DNA of 40,140 nucleotides, taken from the IMG/VR virus record IMGVR_UViG_3300027566_000014, positions 1 to 40,140 of that record; one strand, written 5' to 3'. How positions within the stretch are numbered: position 1 is the first letter of the stretch; every line of letters starts with the position of its first letter. Under the pieces are notes generated by a model. The model ran no database searches and was not told the DNA's origin. It saw only the letters and a program-made list of their open reading frames with translations. The position numbers and the translations under genes were made by a program. Shown here piece after piece: positions 16,983-25,954 of the stretch. The stretch comes from a virus (taxonomy: Duplodnaviria; Caudoviricetes).

Positions 16983-17191
16983 TCAAGGCTTTGTTCATCA
17001 TTATTGTCGCCTGCGTTGTGGCCCTGGTCTTCTGCCCGGAGCCTCCCCGTGAACCGGAAGGAGGGACGATCCTGGACGCGTTCAGCCGACTGTTGGCGAA
17101 CCCGGCGGCATACGCAGGTGGGCCGTGCATGATGACCACAACCGGTACATATTGTTTTCGTCCGCCGCAGGTCCCGGCCTGTTTCCCGTAA
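16979..17191 (+). CDS. Small membrane or exported protein
   Basis: ATGA overlap; MIKALFIIIVACVVALVFC. Confidence 0.55.
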   Translation: MIKALFIIIVACVVALVFCPEPPREPEGGTILDAFSRLLANPAAYAGGPCMMTTTGTYCFRPPQVPACFP

Positions 17192-17202
17192 TAGGAGCCG
17201 TC

Positions 17203-17889
17203 ATGCGCATTACATACGTCATATTCGTCCTATTCGTCCTATCGGTCGGCAATGCCGTCGCCGGATACAGCATTCACGTGGCGCCGCAGATCCCGGAGTT
17301 CGTCACCGTCAACGGTCCCTACGGGCCGGAGACCTGGCCCAACACCGAGCGGCCGCCGGTCTACCCTGCCACCTACGGCAACCTGGTTTGTCGGCCCGAG
17401 CCGTATTCCTCGTTTTCTGCCGATCCGGCCCAACGGACCAGGGTCTTTTCCGACACTGCCGGCACAGCCACGGACGCCGATGTGTTCGCAGCCTGTCCCC
17501 AGCTGAAGAACCGGATCAGCGATGAAATCAAGGCCATCCGCAAGACCGCCCTGAACCGCTTTGTCATCGACGCCGGGGTTCTCGCCGTCTACCAGGAGAA
17601 CTACTCTGCCGCCGCCACGTACAAACAGCCCGGCGGCCCCTTGACCATCGTCAAGGACGGCAAGACGGCGGAGCAATACCTGTCCGGCCTGGGGAGCCAG
17701 ATGACGCCGCCGATGACCGCCGACCAGTTCGCCGACTATATCCTCGGAGAAAATCGCCGGGTCGGCACCACGGCCTACCAGGTCGAACAGCAGTATCTCT
17801 GGTTCGTCTACACCGTGATCCCGACGGAGCTGTATGTTGATGAGCTCCTCGACCTGCCCAACCAGTACAGGAGGTATTGCGGGCTATGA
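17203..17889 (+). CDS. Exported hypothetical protein
   Basis: AGGAG SD; signal MRITYVIFVLFVLSVGNAVA|G. Confidence 0.7.
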   Translation: MRITYVIFVLFVLSVGNAVAGYSIHVAPQIPEFVTVNGPYGPETWPNTERPPVYPATYGNLVCRPEPYSSFSADPAQRTRVFSDTAGTATDADVFAACPQLKNRISDEIKAIRKTALNRFVIDAGVLAVYQENYSAAATYKQPGGPLTIVKDGKTAEQYLSGLGSQMTPPMTADQFADYILGENRRVGTTAYQVEQQYLWFVYTVIPTELYVDELLDLPNQYRRYCGL

Positions 17890-18338
17890 GAGTCGCTTTC
17901 TACAGATACCGGAAACCCGGCATAGCCGGGCTGTTCGCCCGCTTCACCCGGTTCATCACCGGCGGCACATATTCCCACTGCGAGCTGATCTTCGCCAACG
18001 GCCAGGCCTACAGTGCATCGATCCAGGACGGCGGCACCAGGTGGAAGCGGATCGAGTTCGACCCGGAGAAATGGGACATCCTGGAAGTGCCGGTCGACGA
18101 GCGGCGTGCCCGCCAGTTCTGCAATGCGGAGGAGGGATGTCTCTATGATTTCCAGGGCATCTGCCGGTTTCTCTTCCCCTGGGTGCGTGAATCAAAAACG
18201 CGCTGGTTCTGCTCGGAGATCGTCACGGCAGGCCTCCAGGCTGCCGGGCTATTAAAGGGAATTCCGGCGCACCTGGTCCACCCGACGCTGCTCTATTGGC
18301 TGCTGATCTGCACGGGGGCACGTCGCGTCAATGGATGA
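17886..18338 (+). CDS. Permuted papain-like (NlpC/P60-related) protein
   Basis: YSHCEL...YD..G...WFCSEI. Confidence 0.75.
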   Translation: MRVAFYRYRKPGIAGLFARFTRFITGGTYSHCELIFANGQAYSASIQDGGTRWKRIEFDPEKWDILEVPVDERRARQFCNAEEGCLYDFQGICRFLFPWVRESKTRWFCSEIVTAGLQAAGLLKGIPAHLVHPTLLYWLLICTGARRVNG

Positions 18339-18552
18339 TATCGATCGCGCCCAGGCCATCAACGAGCAGTTCCTGGAGAAGGTCTTAGACGATCACCAGC
18401 GCAACATGCCGAAAGGTGAAAGCCTTACCCATTGCGAGGACTGCGAAGAGGAAATACCGGAAGCTCGGCGGCAGGCCGTGCCCGGCTGCCTGCGCTGTAT
18501 CGGCTGCCAGAATGACCATGAAAAACTTTTATCCCACTGGAGGGCTCTGTGA
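18331..18552 (+). CDS. TraR/DksA C4 zinc-finger protein
   Basis: DDIDRA...CEDCEEEIPEARRQAVPGCLRCIGCQ. Confidence 0.9.
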   Translation: MDDIDRAQAINEQFLEKVLDDHQRNMPKGESLTHCEDCEEEIPEARRQAVPGCLRCIGCQNDHEKLLSHWRAL

Positions 18553-18899
18553 CCCCGAACTACCCCGTCTGGCAAATCGCATTCAACATCATCCAGCTGA
18601 TCCTCACCTTTGCCGTCTGGTGGAGCTCCCGCAACAAGGTCACCAATGATCGTTTTACCCAGTTGGAGAACAGCAAGATAAAGTTGGAAAGCGACCTCAA
18701 GCATCTAAAGCTGGAAATGGCCAAGCACAAGCCGGCCTGCGACAACCACAGCCGGATGGAAGATAACGACAAACGGCTCTTCACCCGGTTAGACGAAGTC
18801 CATGGCGACGTGCGCGAAATCAAGGGGAGCTTGGAAGGGGTCAAAAACCTCTCGGCAGTGATCAATCAATTCCTGCTGAAACAAGGAGGAGAGAAGTAA
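18549..18899 (+). CDS. TM plus coiled-coil protein (Mu gp25/DUF2730-like)
   Basis: N-terminal TM, coiled coil and synteny. Confidence 0.65.
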   Translation: MTPNYPVWQIAFNIIQLILTFAVWWSSRNKVTNDRFTQLENSKIKLESDLKHLKLEMAKHKPACDNHSRMEDNDKRLFTRLDEVHGDVREIKGSLEGVKNLSAVINQFLLKQGGEK

Positions 18900-19207
18900 T
18901 GAGCGAAGCCTATAACACACTGATGTCCGAACACCGCCGCCTCTCAATCTTGCGCGCCCTGGCCAGCCCTGACAGCGGAGGCAAGGCCAACGACTCCATT
19001 CTACATACTATTGTTGTCGACCACGGCATCGGCAGTTCCAGGGACCAGATAAAGACCGCTTTATCATGGCTTAGAGAACAGGAGCTGGTAACGCTATCTA
19101 CGCTGGCAAGCGGCACCGTTGTCGCCACCATCACCCAGCGGGGGGGTGATGTGGCTGCCGGCAATACAACCGTGCCGGGCGTTCAATGCCCATCGCCGGG
19201 GAAATAA
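18899..19207 (+). CDS. Mu gp26-like winged-helix protein
   Basis: RRLSILRAL...SRDQ...L.WL.EQ.LV...T.RG.DVA.G....PGV. Confidence 0.8.
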   Translation: MSEAYNTLMSEHRRLSILRALASPDSGGKANDSILHTIVVDHGIGSSRDQIKTALSWLREQELVTLSTLASGTVVATITQRGGDVAAGNTTVPGVQCPSPGK

Positions 19208-19210
19208 CCC

Positions 19211-19783
19211 ATGGGCAAACGGCAAGATCTTGAACTGGATGTCATCCGCCTCTACGCCGACGGCAACGAGATCCCGGCGATCTCCGCCGAGCTGGGGGTG
19301 TCGGAGAACTCCCTGCGCCAGTGGAAAAAACGCGCCGGAACGGAGTGGGACGACGCCCGCCGCGCCGCCCGCAAGGGAAAGCTGGCATCCATGGAGGACG
19401 TCGGCTCCCGTATTCGCCGCTCCCGCGAGATCACCGACCGGCTGACCGGCAACGCCAAGAACCAGGGGGAAATGGGGCTCTTGCTCAACCAGACCCTCCA
19501 GACCATGGTTTTCGACGTGCTCGGCCAGATCTCCACCACCGGCATAGTCGATCCGGAAACCATGGCCGCGACCACCGACCAGCTGAAAGGGCTCTCCCTC
19601 ACCCTGGCCCGGCTGGAGAAATCGGCCTCCGACAACCTCAAACGCGATGCCGAGATCAGGAAGCAGGCGCTGGAGCAGGCGGCAAAAAAAGCGGAGGAAG
19701 CAGTGGACGCGACAACGGAAGGTGGCGGCAAGCTGACCGCTGAAGATTTCAAGCGCATCCTCAAGGAAACCTATGGCGCCTAG
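19211..19783 (+). CDS. Terminase small subunit (Mu gp27-like)
   Basis: N-terminal HTH with WK...WD..R; precedes TerL. Confidence 0.75.
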   Translation: MGKRQDLELDVIRLYADGNEIPAISAELGVSENSLRQWKKRAGTEWDDARRAARKGKLASMEDVGSRIRRSREITDRLTGNAKNQGEMGLLLNQTLQTMVFDVLGQISTTGIVDPETMAATTDQLKGLSLTLARLEKSASDNLKRDAEIRKQALEQAAKKAEEAVDATTEGGGKLTAEDFKRILKETYGA

Positions 19784-21119
19784 TCTTTTCCATCCTTATC
19801 AGGTCCGTTGGATCGAGGACCTGTCACGGTTCAAGGTCGGCATGTTTGCCCGTCAGACCGGCAAGACCTTCGGCACAACCTACGAGATTGCCCGTGACTG
19901 CCAGCTGGCAGAGTTGGAGGGGCGCAAGGCCCGCTGGGTAATCCTCTCCCGTGGCGAGCGTCAGGCCAAGGAAGCCATGGATGAAGGGGTGAAACTGCAC
20001 TGCAAGGCTATGGGCAGCATCATCAAAGCCTCTGAATATGACTATGCCGGAGGCGACGCCAAGTATCGGGCCATGGAAGTGGAATTCCCCGGTGGCTCCA
20101 AGATCACTGCGCTACCCGCCAACCCGGACACCGCACGCGGTTTTTCCGCCAATGCCTTTCTCGATGAATTCGCTTTCCATGCCGACAGCCGCAAGATCTG
20201 GTCGGCGCTCTTCCCGGTCATCTCCAAGGGGTGGAAACTGCGGGTGGTATCCACCCCCAATGGCAAGGGGAATAAATTCTACGACCTGATGACCTCCGAG
20301 AGCGGTATCTGGTACCGGCAGACAACTGACATTTATCAGGCCGTAGCCGATGGCCTTGACCGCAACATAGATGAGCTGCGCGAGGGTTGCGGCGACGAAG
20401 ACACCTGGACACAGGAATTCGAGTTGCAGTGGCTGGATGAGGCATCCGCCTGGCTTTCATACGAACTGATCAATGGCTGTGAGCACGATCGTGCCGGCTT
20501 TCCGGATCAGTACAACGGCGGTCCCTGTTTCGTCGGTGTCGATATCGCGGCCAGAAACGACCTGTTTGTCATCTATGTCCTGGAGGCGGTCGGCGACGTG
20601 TTCTGGACCAGAGAGATCATTGTCCGCAAGCGGATCAGCTTTGCGGAGCAGGATGACCTGCTGGCCGACGTGTTCAAGCGCTACCGGGTAATCCGCTGCT
20701 GCATGGACCAGACCGGCATGGGTGAAAAACCGGTGGAAGATGCCCAGCGCAAGCACGGCAGCAGTCGTGTTGAGGGCGTGCTCTTCACTGGGCCGAACAA
20801 GCTGACCTTGGCAACCCTGGGCAAAGAGGCATTTGAAGACCGCAAGATCCGTATCCCGTTGGGCGACCAGGCGCTTAGAAACGACCTGCACAAGCTACAA
20901 CGGGTCACCGGACCGACCGGCGCCTCCCGCTTCATGGCCGAGTCGGATAGTTCCGGCCATGCCGACCGCACTTGGGCCTGTTTCCTGGCGCTCAATGCAG
21001 CTTCTACCGGCGGGTTGATCGAATACGCCTATCACCCCGTAACCAAGAAAGACCTTAACGACCTCCCCCGCGACATACGCTGCACCCACGGGATAGGCAG
21101 ACAATCAGGAGCATGGTAA
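19773..21119 (+). CDS. terL: Terminase large subunit
   Basis: RQTGKT, LDEFAF, STPNG, GVDIA and HAD motifs. Confidence 0.95.
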   Translation: MAPSLFHPYQVRWIEDLSRFKVGMFARQTGKTFGTTYEIARDCQLAELEGRKARWVILSRGERQAKEAMDEGVKLHCKAMGSIIKASEYDYAGGDAKYRAMEVEFPGGSKITALPANPDTARGFSANAFLDEFAFHADSRKIWSALFPVISKGWKLRVVSTPNGKGNKFYDLMTSESGIWYRQTTDIYQAVADGLDRNIDELREGCGDEDTWTQEFELQWLDEASAWLSYELINGCEHDRAGFPDQYNGGPCFVGVDIAARNDLFVIYVLEAVGDVFWTREIIVRKRISFAEQDDLLADVFKRYRVIRCCMDQTGMGEKPVEDAQRKHGSSRVEGVLFTGPNKLTLATLGKEAFEDRKIRIPLGDQALRNDLHKLQRVTGPTGASRFMAESDSSGHADRTWACFLALNAASTGGLIEYAYHPVTKKDLNDLPRDIRCTHGIGRQSGAW

Positions 21120-22708
21120 TGGCCAACGACATAACCCTATACGACGCATACGACCGGCCGATCCGGAAAGAGATCCTCGATCAGGAACTGGCAAGGCCCT
21201 CCTTGACCGGCGTCCGCTCAATCTGGAACTACGGCTATGTTACCGGCGGGCTCACCCCGCAAAAACTGGCGGCGCTTTTGCGCGATGCCGCCGAGGGGAA
21301 CGCCGACGCCTATCTAACACTCGCAGAGGAGATGGAGGAGAAAGATCCCCATTACGCCAGCGTGCTCGGCACCCGCAAGCGTGCCGTTGCCCGGCTCCCG
21401 ATCGTCGTGGAAGCCGCTTCGGACTCCCCCCAATATTTGCAGGATGCAGAGGAGACCCGCATCCTGCTTAAGCGCCCCGGCACGAAAGGGATGATCGAGG
21501 ATCTGCTCGATGCCCTTGGCAAGGGTGTTAGTGTTGTCGAAAATATCTGGAATAAGAAGAAAATCCCCTGGGTGCCGGGTCGCTATGAATGGCGCGACCC
21601 GCGTTATTTCCAGTATGACCGGGAGACGTTTCGCGAGCTGCGCCTGAAGGATGAACAAGACATGTTCAACGGCATTCCCTTGGCGCCGTACAAGTTCATC
21701 GTCCACACGCCGAAACTGAAGGCGGGCATTCCTATCCGGGGGGGGCTCGCTCGCCTGTCCGCCTGGTCCTTCATCTTTAAAAATTTTATGGTCAAGGACT
21801 TGATGGCCTATGCCGAGGTATTCGGCATGCCACTGCGCCTCGGCAAATACCGTCCCGGCGAAACCGAGGACAACATCGCCATCCTCCGCGCGGCCGTGGC
21901 CAATCTGGGGAGCGACGCCGCTGCCGTGATCCCCGAAGGGATGCTGATCGAGTTCATCGAGACGGCCAAGGCCACTGGCGCCGAAGCGTTCTTTGTAAAT
22001 GTGGCCAACTGGTTCGACAAACAGCTGAGCAAGGCGATTCTCGGCCAGACCATGACTACCGACGACGGCTCCTCCAAAAGCCAGGCACAGGTCCATGACG
22101 AGGTGCGCGAGGACATCCGAGACGCCGACGGCGAGCAGCTGGCCGAAACCCTGGAACGCGACCTGGTCAAACCGTTCCTCGATCTAAACTTCGGACCACG
22201 CGACGAATACCCGCGCGTCTGTTTCCGCGAGGCAGAGCGGGCCGACATCCCGGTGATGCGCGCAGCCCTGAAAGACCTTGTTCCCCTGGGGCTCGAGGTA
22301 GAGATGAGCGAAGTGCGTGACAAGCTCGGCTTTTCGGATCCGGCCAAGGGGGCGGTATGTCTCCAGGCAGCGCCGCCGAAAATCCCCCCCATCCCCCCTT
22401 TGACAAAGGGGGGAGACCCGAAGGGAGGGGGGATTTCCCTTAACTCCGAACAGACGGCCCCGGAATTCACCCCCGAGCAGCAGTCCATCGAGAACCTGAA
22501 AGCCGCCGGCGCCGAAAACTGGCAGGCAATGATGGCACCGATGCTCGCGCCGATCCGCGAGATCATCGCCGGCGCATCTTCGTTTGAAGAGGCAAAAAAC
22601 AGGCTGCTCGATGCATACGGTCAGATGGATGACACCATTCTGACAACAGTGCTGGCCCAAGCCCTTTTCGCCGCCGATATGTGCGGCCGCCTCGGGACAA
22701 GTGAATGA
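21113..22708 (+). CDS. Portal protein (Mu gp29/DUF935)
   Basis: EVFGMPLRLGKY, SKAILGQTMT and VH.EVR motifs. Confidence 0.93.
   Translation: MVMANDITLYDAYDRPIRKEILDQELARPSLTGVRSIWNYGYVTGGLTPQKLAALLRDAAEGNADAYLTLAEEMEEKDPHYASVLGTRKRAVARLPIVVEAASDSPQYLQDAEETRILLKRPGTKGMIEDLLDALGKGVSVVENIWNKKKIPWVPGRYEWRDPRYFQYDRETFRELRLKDEQDMFNGIPLAPYKFIVHTPKLKAGIPIRGGLARLSAWSFIFKNFMVKDLMAYAEVFGMPLRLGKYRPGETEDNIAILRAAVANLGSDAAAVIPEGMLIEFIETAKATGAEAFFVNVANWFDKQLSKAILGQTMTTDDGSSKSQAQVHDEVREDIRDADGEQLAETLERDLVKPFLDLNFGPRDEYPRVCFREAERADIPVMRAALKDLVPLGLEVEMSEVRDKLGFSDPAKGAVCLQAAPPKIPPIPPLTKGGDPKGGGISLNSEQTAPEFTPEQQSIENLKAAGAENWQAMMAPMLAPIREIIAGASSFEEAKNRLLDAYGQMDDTILTTVLAQALFAADMCGRLGTSE
22380..22436. repeat. CCCCCTTT-AAAGGGGG palindromic element inside the portal gene
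   Basis: 57-nt nested hairpin encoding about KIPPIPPLTKGGDPKGGGI. Confidence 0.7.
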
Positions 22709-23529
22709 TAGTCGATGCCCTCGACATAGCTCCACTGCCGCCTGAAGAGGCCATCGCCTGGTTCAAGGCCAAGGGATTCCGGATCAGCTGGGACTGGCAC
22801 GAGATGTGGCAGGCGGACCACGCCAGGGCCTTCACCGTGGCCAAGGTCGCCAAGGTGGATATCCTCCAGGATATCTTCTCCGCCTTGGACAAAGCGCAGA
22901 GCGACGGCATCACCTTTGAAACATTCCGGAAAGAGCTGACGCCGCTCCTGCAGAGCAAGGGTTGGTGGGGCCGTCAGGAGGCGGTCAATCTCACAACCGG
23001 CGAACTGAAAACGGTGCAGCTCGGCTCGCCGCGGCGGCTCCGGACCATCTTCAATGTCAATGTACAAACCGCGCTCCAGGTGGGGCACTACCGGGCCATG
23101 ACCGATCCTGCCGTGCTGGCCGCCCGGCCGTACTGGCGCTACTCGGCCGTGATGGACGGCCATACCCGGCCGATGCACCGCCAGTGGCACGGGCTGATCC
23201 TCCCCGCCGATCACCCCTTCTGGGCCACCCATTTCCCGCCCAACGGCTGGAACTGCCGCTGCACCGTCGTCTCCATGTCGCTCCGGGAGATGGCACGCGA
23301 CGGCCTCAAGGTGTCCGAGCCGCCGGAGATCAAAATGTACAAGTGGGTGAACCCGGCCATCGGCGGAGAAAAGTGGATCCCCCAGGGGATCGACGCCGGA
23401 TGGGATTACAACCCCGGCACCTCGGCCAATGCCCACATCCGCCAGGTGGCAGAGGATACCGCCAAGCAGGCGACGCAGCAGATAGGCTGGGCGCTTCTCA
23501 ATGACCTGAAGAAAGCGGAGGCGCTCTAA
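22705..23529 (+). CDS. Head morphogenesis protein (Mu gpF)
   Basis: AFTVAK, D..TRP.H..W.G and PPNGWNCRC motifs. Confidence 0.93.
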   Translation: MIVDALDIAPLPPEEAIAWFKAKGFRISWDWHEMWQADHARAFTVAKVAKVDILQDIFSALDKAQSDGITFETFRKELTPLLQSKGWWGRQEAVNLTTGELKTVQLGSPRRLRTIFNVNVQTALQVGHYRAMTDPAVLAARPYWRYSAVMDGHTRPMHRQWHGLILPADHPFWATHFPPNGWNCRCTVVSMSLREMARDGLKVSEPPEIKMYKWVNPAIGGEKWIPQGIDAGWDYNPGTSANAHIRQVAEDTAKQATQQIGWALLNDLKKAEAL

Positions 23530-24098
23530 TGGCCGGCATCAGCATGAAAATGTCCTACCAGGACGCCCCCGCCCGTCAGCTGATCGGCGAATTCATCCGC
23601 CAGACCGACGACCTGACGTCGGCCATGCAGGTGACCGGCGAGATCGTGCGCAGCTCGGCAATCAAAAACTTCGAGGTAGGCGGCAGGCCGACGGTGTGGC
23701 AGGTGAGCAAGCGGGCCAGGAAAGAGGGCGGCCAGACGCTGATAAAGGGCGGCACGCTGAGGAAGTCCATCACCGTGCAGGCCGGCCGGATGGACGTGGT
23801 CATCGGCACCAACCTTGGCTACGCCCGGATTCATCAGCTTGGTGGAGAGATCAAGCGCAAGCCCTTTTCAGGGTCCGTCAGGCTGCGCACCGATGCCAAG
23901 GGAAACCTGCTGCGTCAGGAGGGACGGCCGAACCTCGCAGTATTTGCAAGAAGAAATCACAAGCGCATGGTTACCAAGGAATTCAAGTCGGAAGGCTACA
24001 CCATCGTCATGCCGAAGCGGGAATTCCTTCTCGTCCAGGAGGAGGACTGGACGGAGATCCGGGCGGCCCTCGCGGAGCATTTCAAGGTCACATCGTAG
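23529..24098 (+). CDS. Virion morphogenesis protein (Mu gpG)
   Basis: L...G.LR.SI, GTNL.YA.IHQ.GG and MP.R.FL motifs. Confidence 0.9.
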   Translation: MAGISMKMSYQDAPARQLIGEFIRQTDDLTSAMQVTGEIVRSSAIKNFEVGGRPTVWQVSKRARKEGGQTLIKGGTLRKSITVQAGRMDVVIGTNLGYARIHQLGGEIKRKPFSGSVRLRTDAKGNLLRQEGRPNLAVFARRNHKRMVTKEFKSEGYTIVMPKREFLLVQEEDWTEIRAALAEHFKVTS

Positions 24099-24171
24099 GG
24101 GCGGGGTCACCCCGCCCTGATTTGGGCGGGGTCACCCCGCCCAAATCAGGGCGGGAAGACCCCGCCCCTAC
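24095..24171. repeat. GTAG-type REP cluster (3 units)
   Basis: Direct, central and inverted GGGCGGGGTCACCCCGCCC units. Confidence 0.85.
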
Positions 24172-24278
24172 GCGCCCAAATTTGCCCGGCAACGGTTTAG
24201 GGGTAGTAGCCCTCGATCTGCCTCCGGCAAACCGGCTACAGGAAAATTTAAAGATGGTTTTAAGATGGTTTTGAAATG

Positions 24279-24346
24279 CGGTCGGCAGTCGATGGTCGGC
24301 GGTCGATAAAATCCACCATACACAATCGACCATCTACTATCGACTG
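24279..24346. repeat. Heptamer inverted-repeat element
   Basis: (GTCGRYR)n ... (YYCGACY)n, partly degenerate. Confidence 0.7.
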
Positions 24347-24351
24347 TTTTA

Positions 24352-24394
24352 TTGAAGTGGCTCAAAAGACCGGAAAAAAAGTTTGAAGTATAAC
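24352..24394 (+). promoter_or_regulatory. Late promoter (head/tail operon)
   Basis: TTGAAGTGGCTCAAAAGACC-17 nt-TATAAC. Confidence 0.7.
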
Positions 24395-24443
24395 ATCTGA
24401 GAGGTCGATGAAATCGAGCTCGAAGAGAAGCGGAGGCTAGCCC

Positions 24444-25487
24444 ATGAAAATAGCAATTATCGGAACCGGCCACTCAAACTTACAACAACTGCAACTGGCC
24501 TTGAACAGCCTGCAAGATAGCCATGAGATCCTCGCCCTCAACTTCGAGCTGACCGCCGGAGCGACTCCGCCAGCCGAGATGATGCTCATCCCCCCGGGTT
24601 TGCGGGTCACCGGCAGGGATGGCCGCTCCTGGAACAATCCGGATCCGGCGGCGATTGTCCGCTTCTTCCAGGAACGCGGCTTGAAGATCCCGGTCGACAT
24701 CGAGCACGCCACCGAGCTGAAAGCACCGCAGGGTGAACCTGCCCCGGCCATGGCCTGGGGGACCGGTCTGGAAGCACGGCCGGACGGAAGCGTCTGGGCA
24801 AAAACCGAATGGACCCCCAAGGGGGCCGAGATGGTGATGAACAGGGAATATTCCTATTACTCCCCTGCCATCATTTTCGACAAGGCCACCATGAACATAG
24901 TCGGCATCAAGAGCGTTGGGCTCACAAATACACCGAATTTCCCCATACCCGCACTTAACCGCGAAGACAAAACGAAAGGAGCATCATCTATGGAACTGGA
25001 ACAATTATTGGCCTCTCTCGGCCTGCCGGCGGGCACGACATTTGCCGCCGCGCTCAACCACATCGCCAGTATGAAGGCAAATCTGACAACCGCCCTGAAC
25101 CAGGCGCAGAACCCGACCCTGGACAAGTTCGTCCCCAGGGGCGATTACGACACCGCCCTCAACCGGGCCACCACGGCCGAAACTGAGCTGAAAACCCTGA
25201 AAGAGGGACAGCTGGAAACCGCCATCAATACCGAGATCGACACGGCCCTCAAGGCTGGCAAGATCACCCCTGCGACGAAAGAGTATCACGTTGCCAGTTG
25301 CCGCCAGGAAGGGGGGTTGGAGCGGTTCAAAGAATTCGCCAAGGCCGCCCCGGTAATCGCCGACGCCAGCAACCTGGACACGAAGAAAGTCGGCGACCAG
25401 GGTACTGCGCTCAACGCCGAGGAAAAGGCCGTCTGCGTGGCGCTCGGCATCAGCGAGGAAGATTACCTTAAGGTCAACAAGGAATAA
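24444..25487 (+). CDS. Mu gpI head protease/scaffold
   Basis: GRDGR, D.EH, APA..W, WT..G, EY.Y.SP and LTN.P motifs. Confidence 0.92.
   Translation: MKIAIIGTGHSNLQQLQLALNSLQDSHEILALNFELTAGATPPAEMMLIPPGLRVTGRDGRSWNNPDPAAIVRFFQERGLKIPVDIEHATELKAPQGEPAPAMAWGTGLEARPDGSVWAKTEWTPKGAEMVMNREYSYYSPAIIFDKATMNIVGIKSVGLTNTPNFPIPALNREDKTKGASSMELEQLLASLGLPAGTTFAAALNHIASMKANLTTALNQAQNPTLDKFVPRGDYDTALNRATTAETELKTLKEGQLETAINTEIDTALKAGKITPATKEYHVASCRQEGGLERFKEFAKAAPVIADASNLDTKKVGDQGTALNAEEKAVCVALGISEEDYLKVNKE
24990..25487 (+). CDS. Nested in-frame scaffold (gpZ-like)
   Basis: AAGGAG SD before an in-frame ATG at the protease/scaffold junction. Confidence 0.65.
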   Translation: MELEQLLASLGLPAGTTFAAALNHIASMKANLTTALNQAQNPTLDKFVPRGDYDTALNRATTAETELKTLKEGQLETAINTEIDTALKAGKITPATKEYHVASCRQEGGLERFKEFAKAAPVIADASNLDTKKVGDQGTALNAEEKAVCVALGISEEDYLKVNKE

Positions 25488-25520
25488 CCATTAACCCATA
25501 AAAATTTACAGGAGGAAGTT

Positions 25521-25922
25521 ATGGCCGTACTAACCGAAGATAGAAACACCCCGCGCCGCACCGGCGACCTGCTCAGCCTGCCCGCCGCAGCAGCCAAGAA
25601 GTTTTACGCCGGCGCCATCGTCGCCCGCGACGCCGCCGGCAACGCCACCCCCGGCGCGACCGCTACCGACATTCTCGGTGCCGGTCGCTGCAAGGCGCAG
25701 GTGGACAATTCGGCCGGCGCCGCAGGGGCCCTCAACGTCGAGATCGAGAAAGGCGTATTCCGCGTCGCCAACTCCGCCACTGACCCGGTCGTAGTGGCCG
25801 ATATCGGCAACGACTGCTACATCGTCGACGACCAGACGGTTTCCCATACTGACACCAACCAGTCCGTGGCCGGCAAAGTTTTCGACGTCGACGCCCAAGG
25901 CGTTTGGGTCAAGTTCGAGTAA
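25521..25922 (+). CDS. Head decoration/cement-like protein
   Basis: DRNT, VDNS.GA.G, G..CY.VDDQTV and GVWV; precedes the capsid gene. Confidence 0.75.
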   Translation: MAVLTEDRNTPRRTGDLLSLPAAAAKKFYAGAIVARDAAGNATPGATATDILGAGRCKAQVDNSAGAAGALNVEIEKGVFRVANSATDPVVVADIGNDCYIVDDQTVSHTDTNQSVAGKVFDVDAQGVWVKFE

Positions 25923-25954
25923 CCATTTAACAGCTATTTAACGGAGGTAATACC

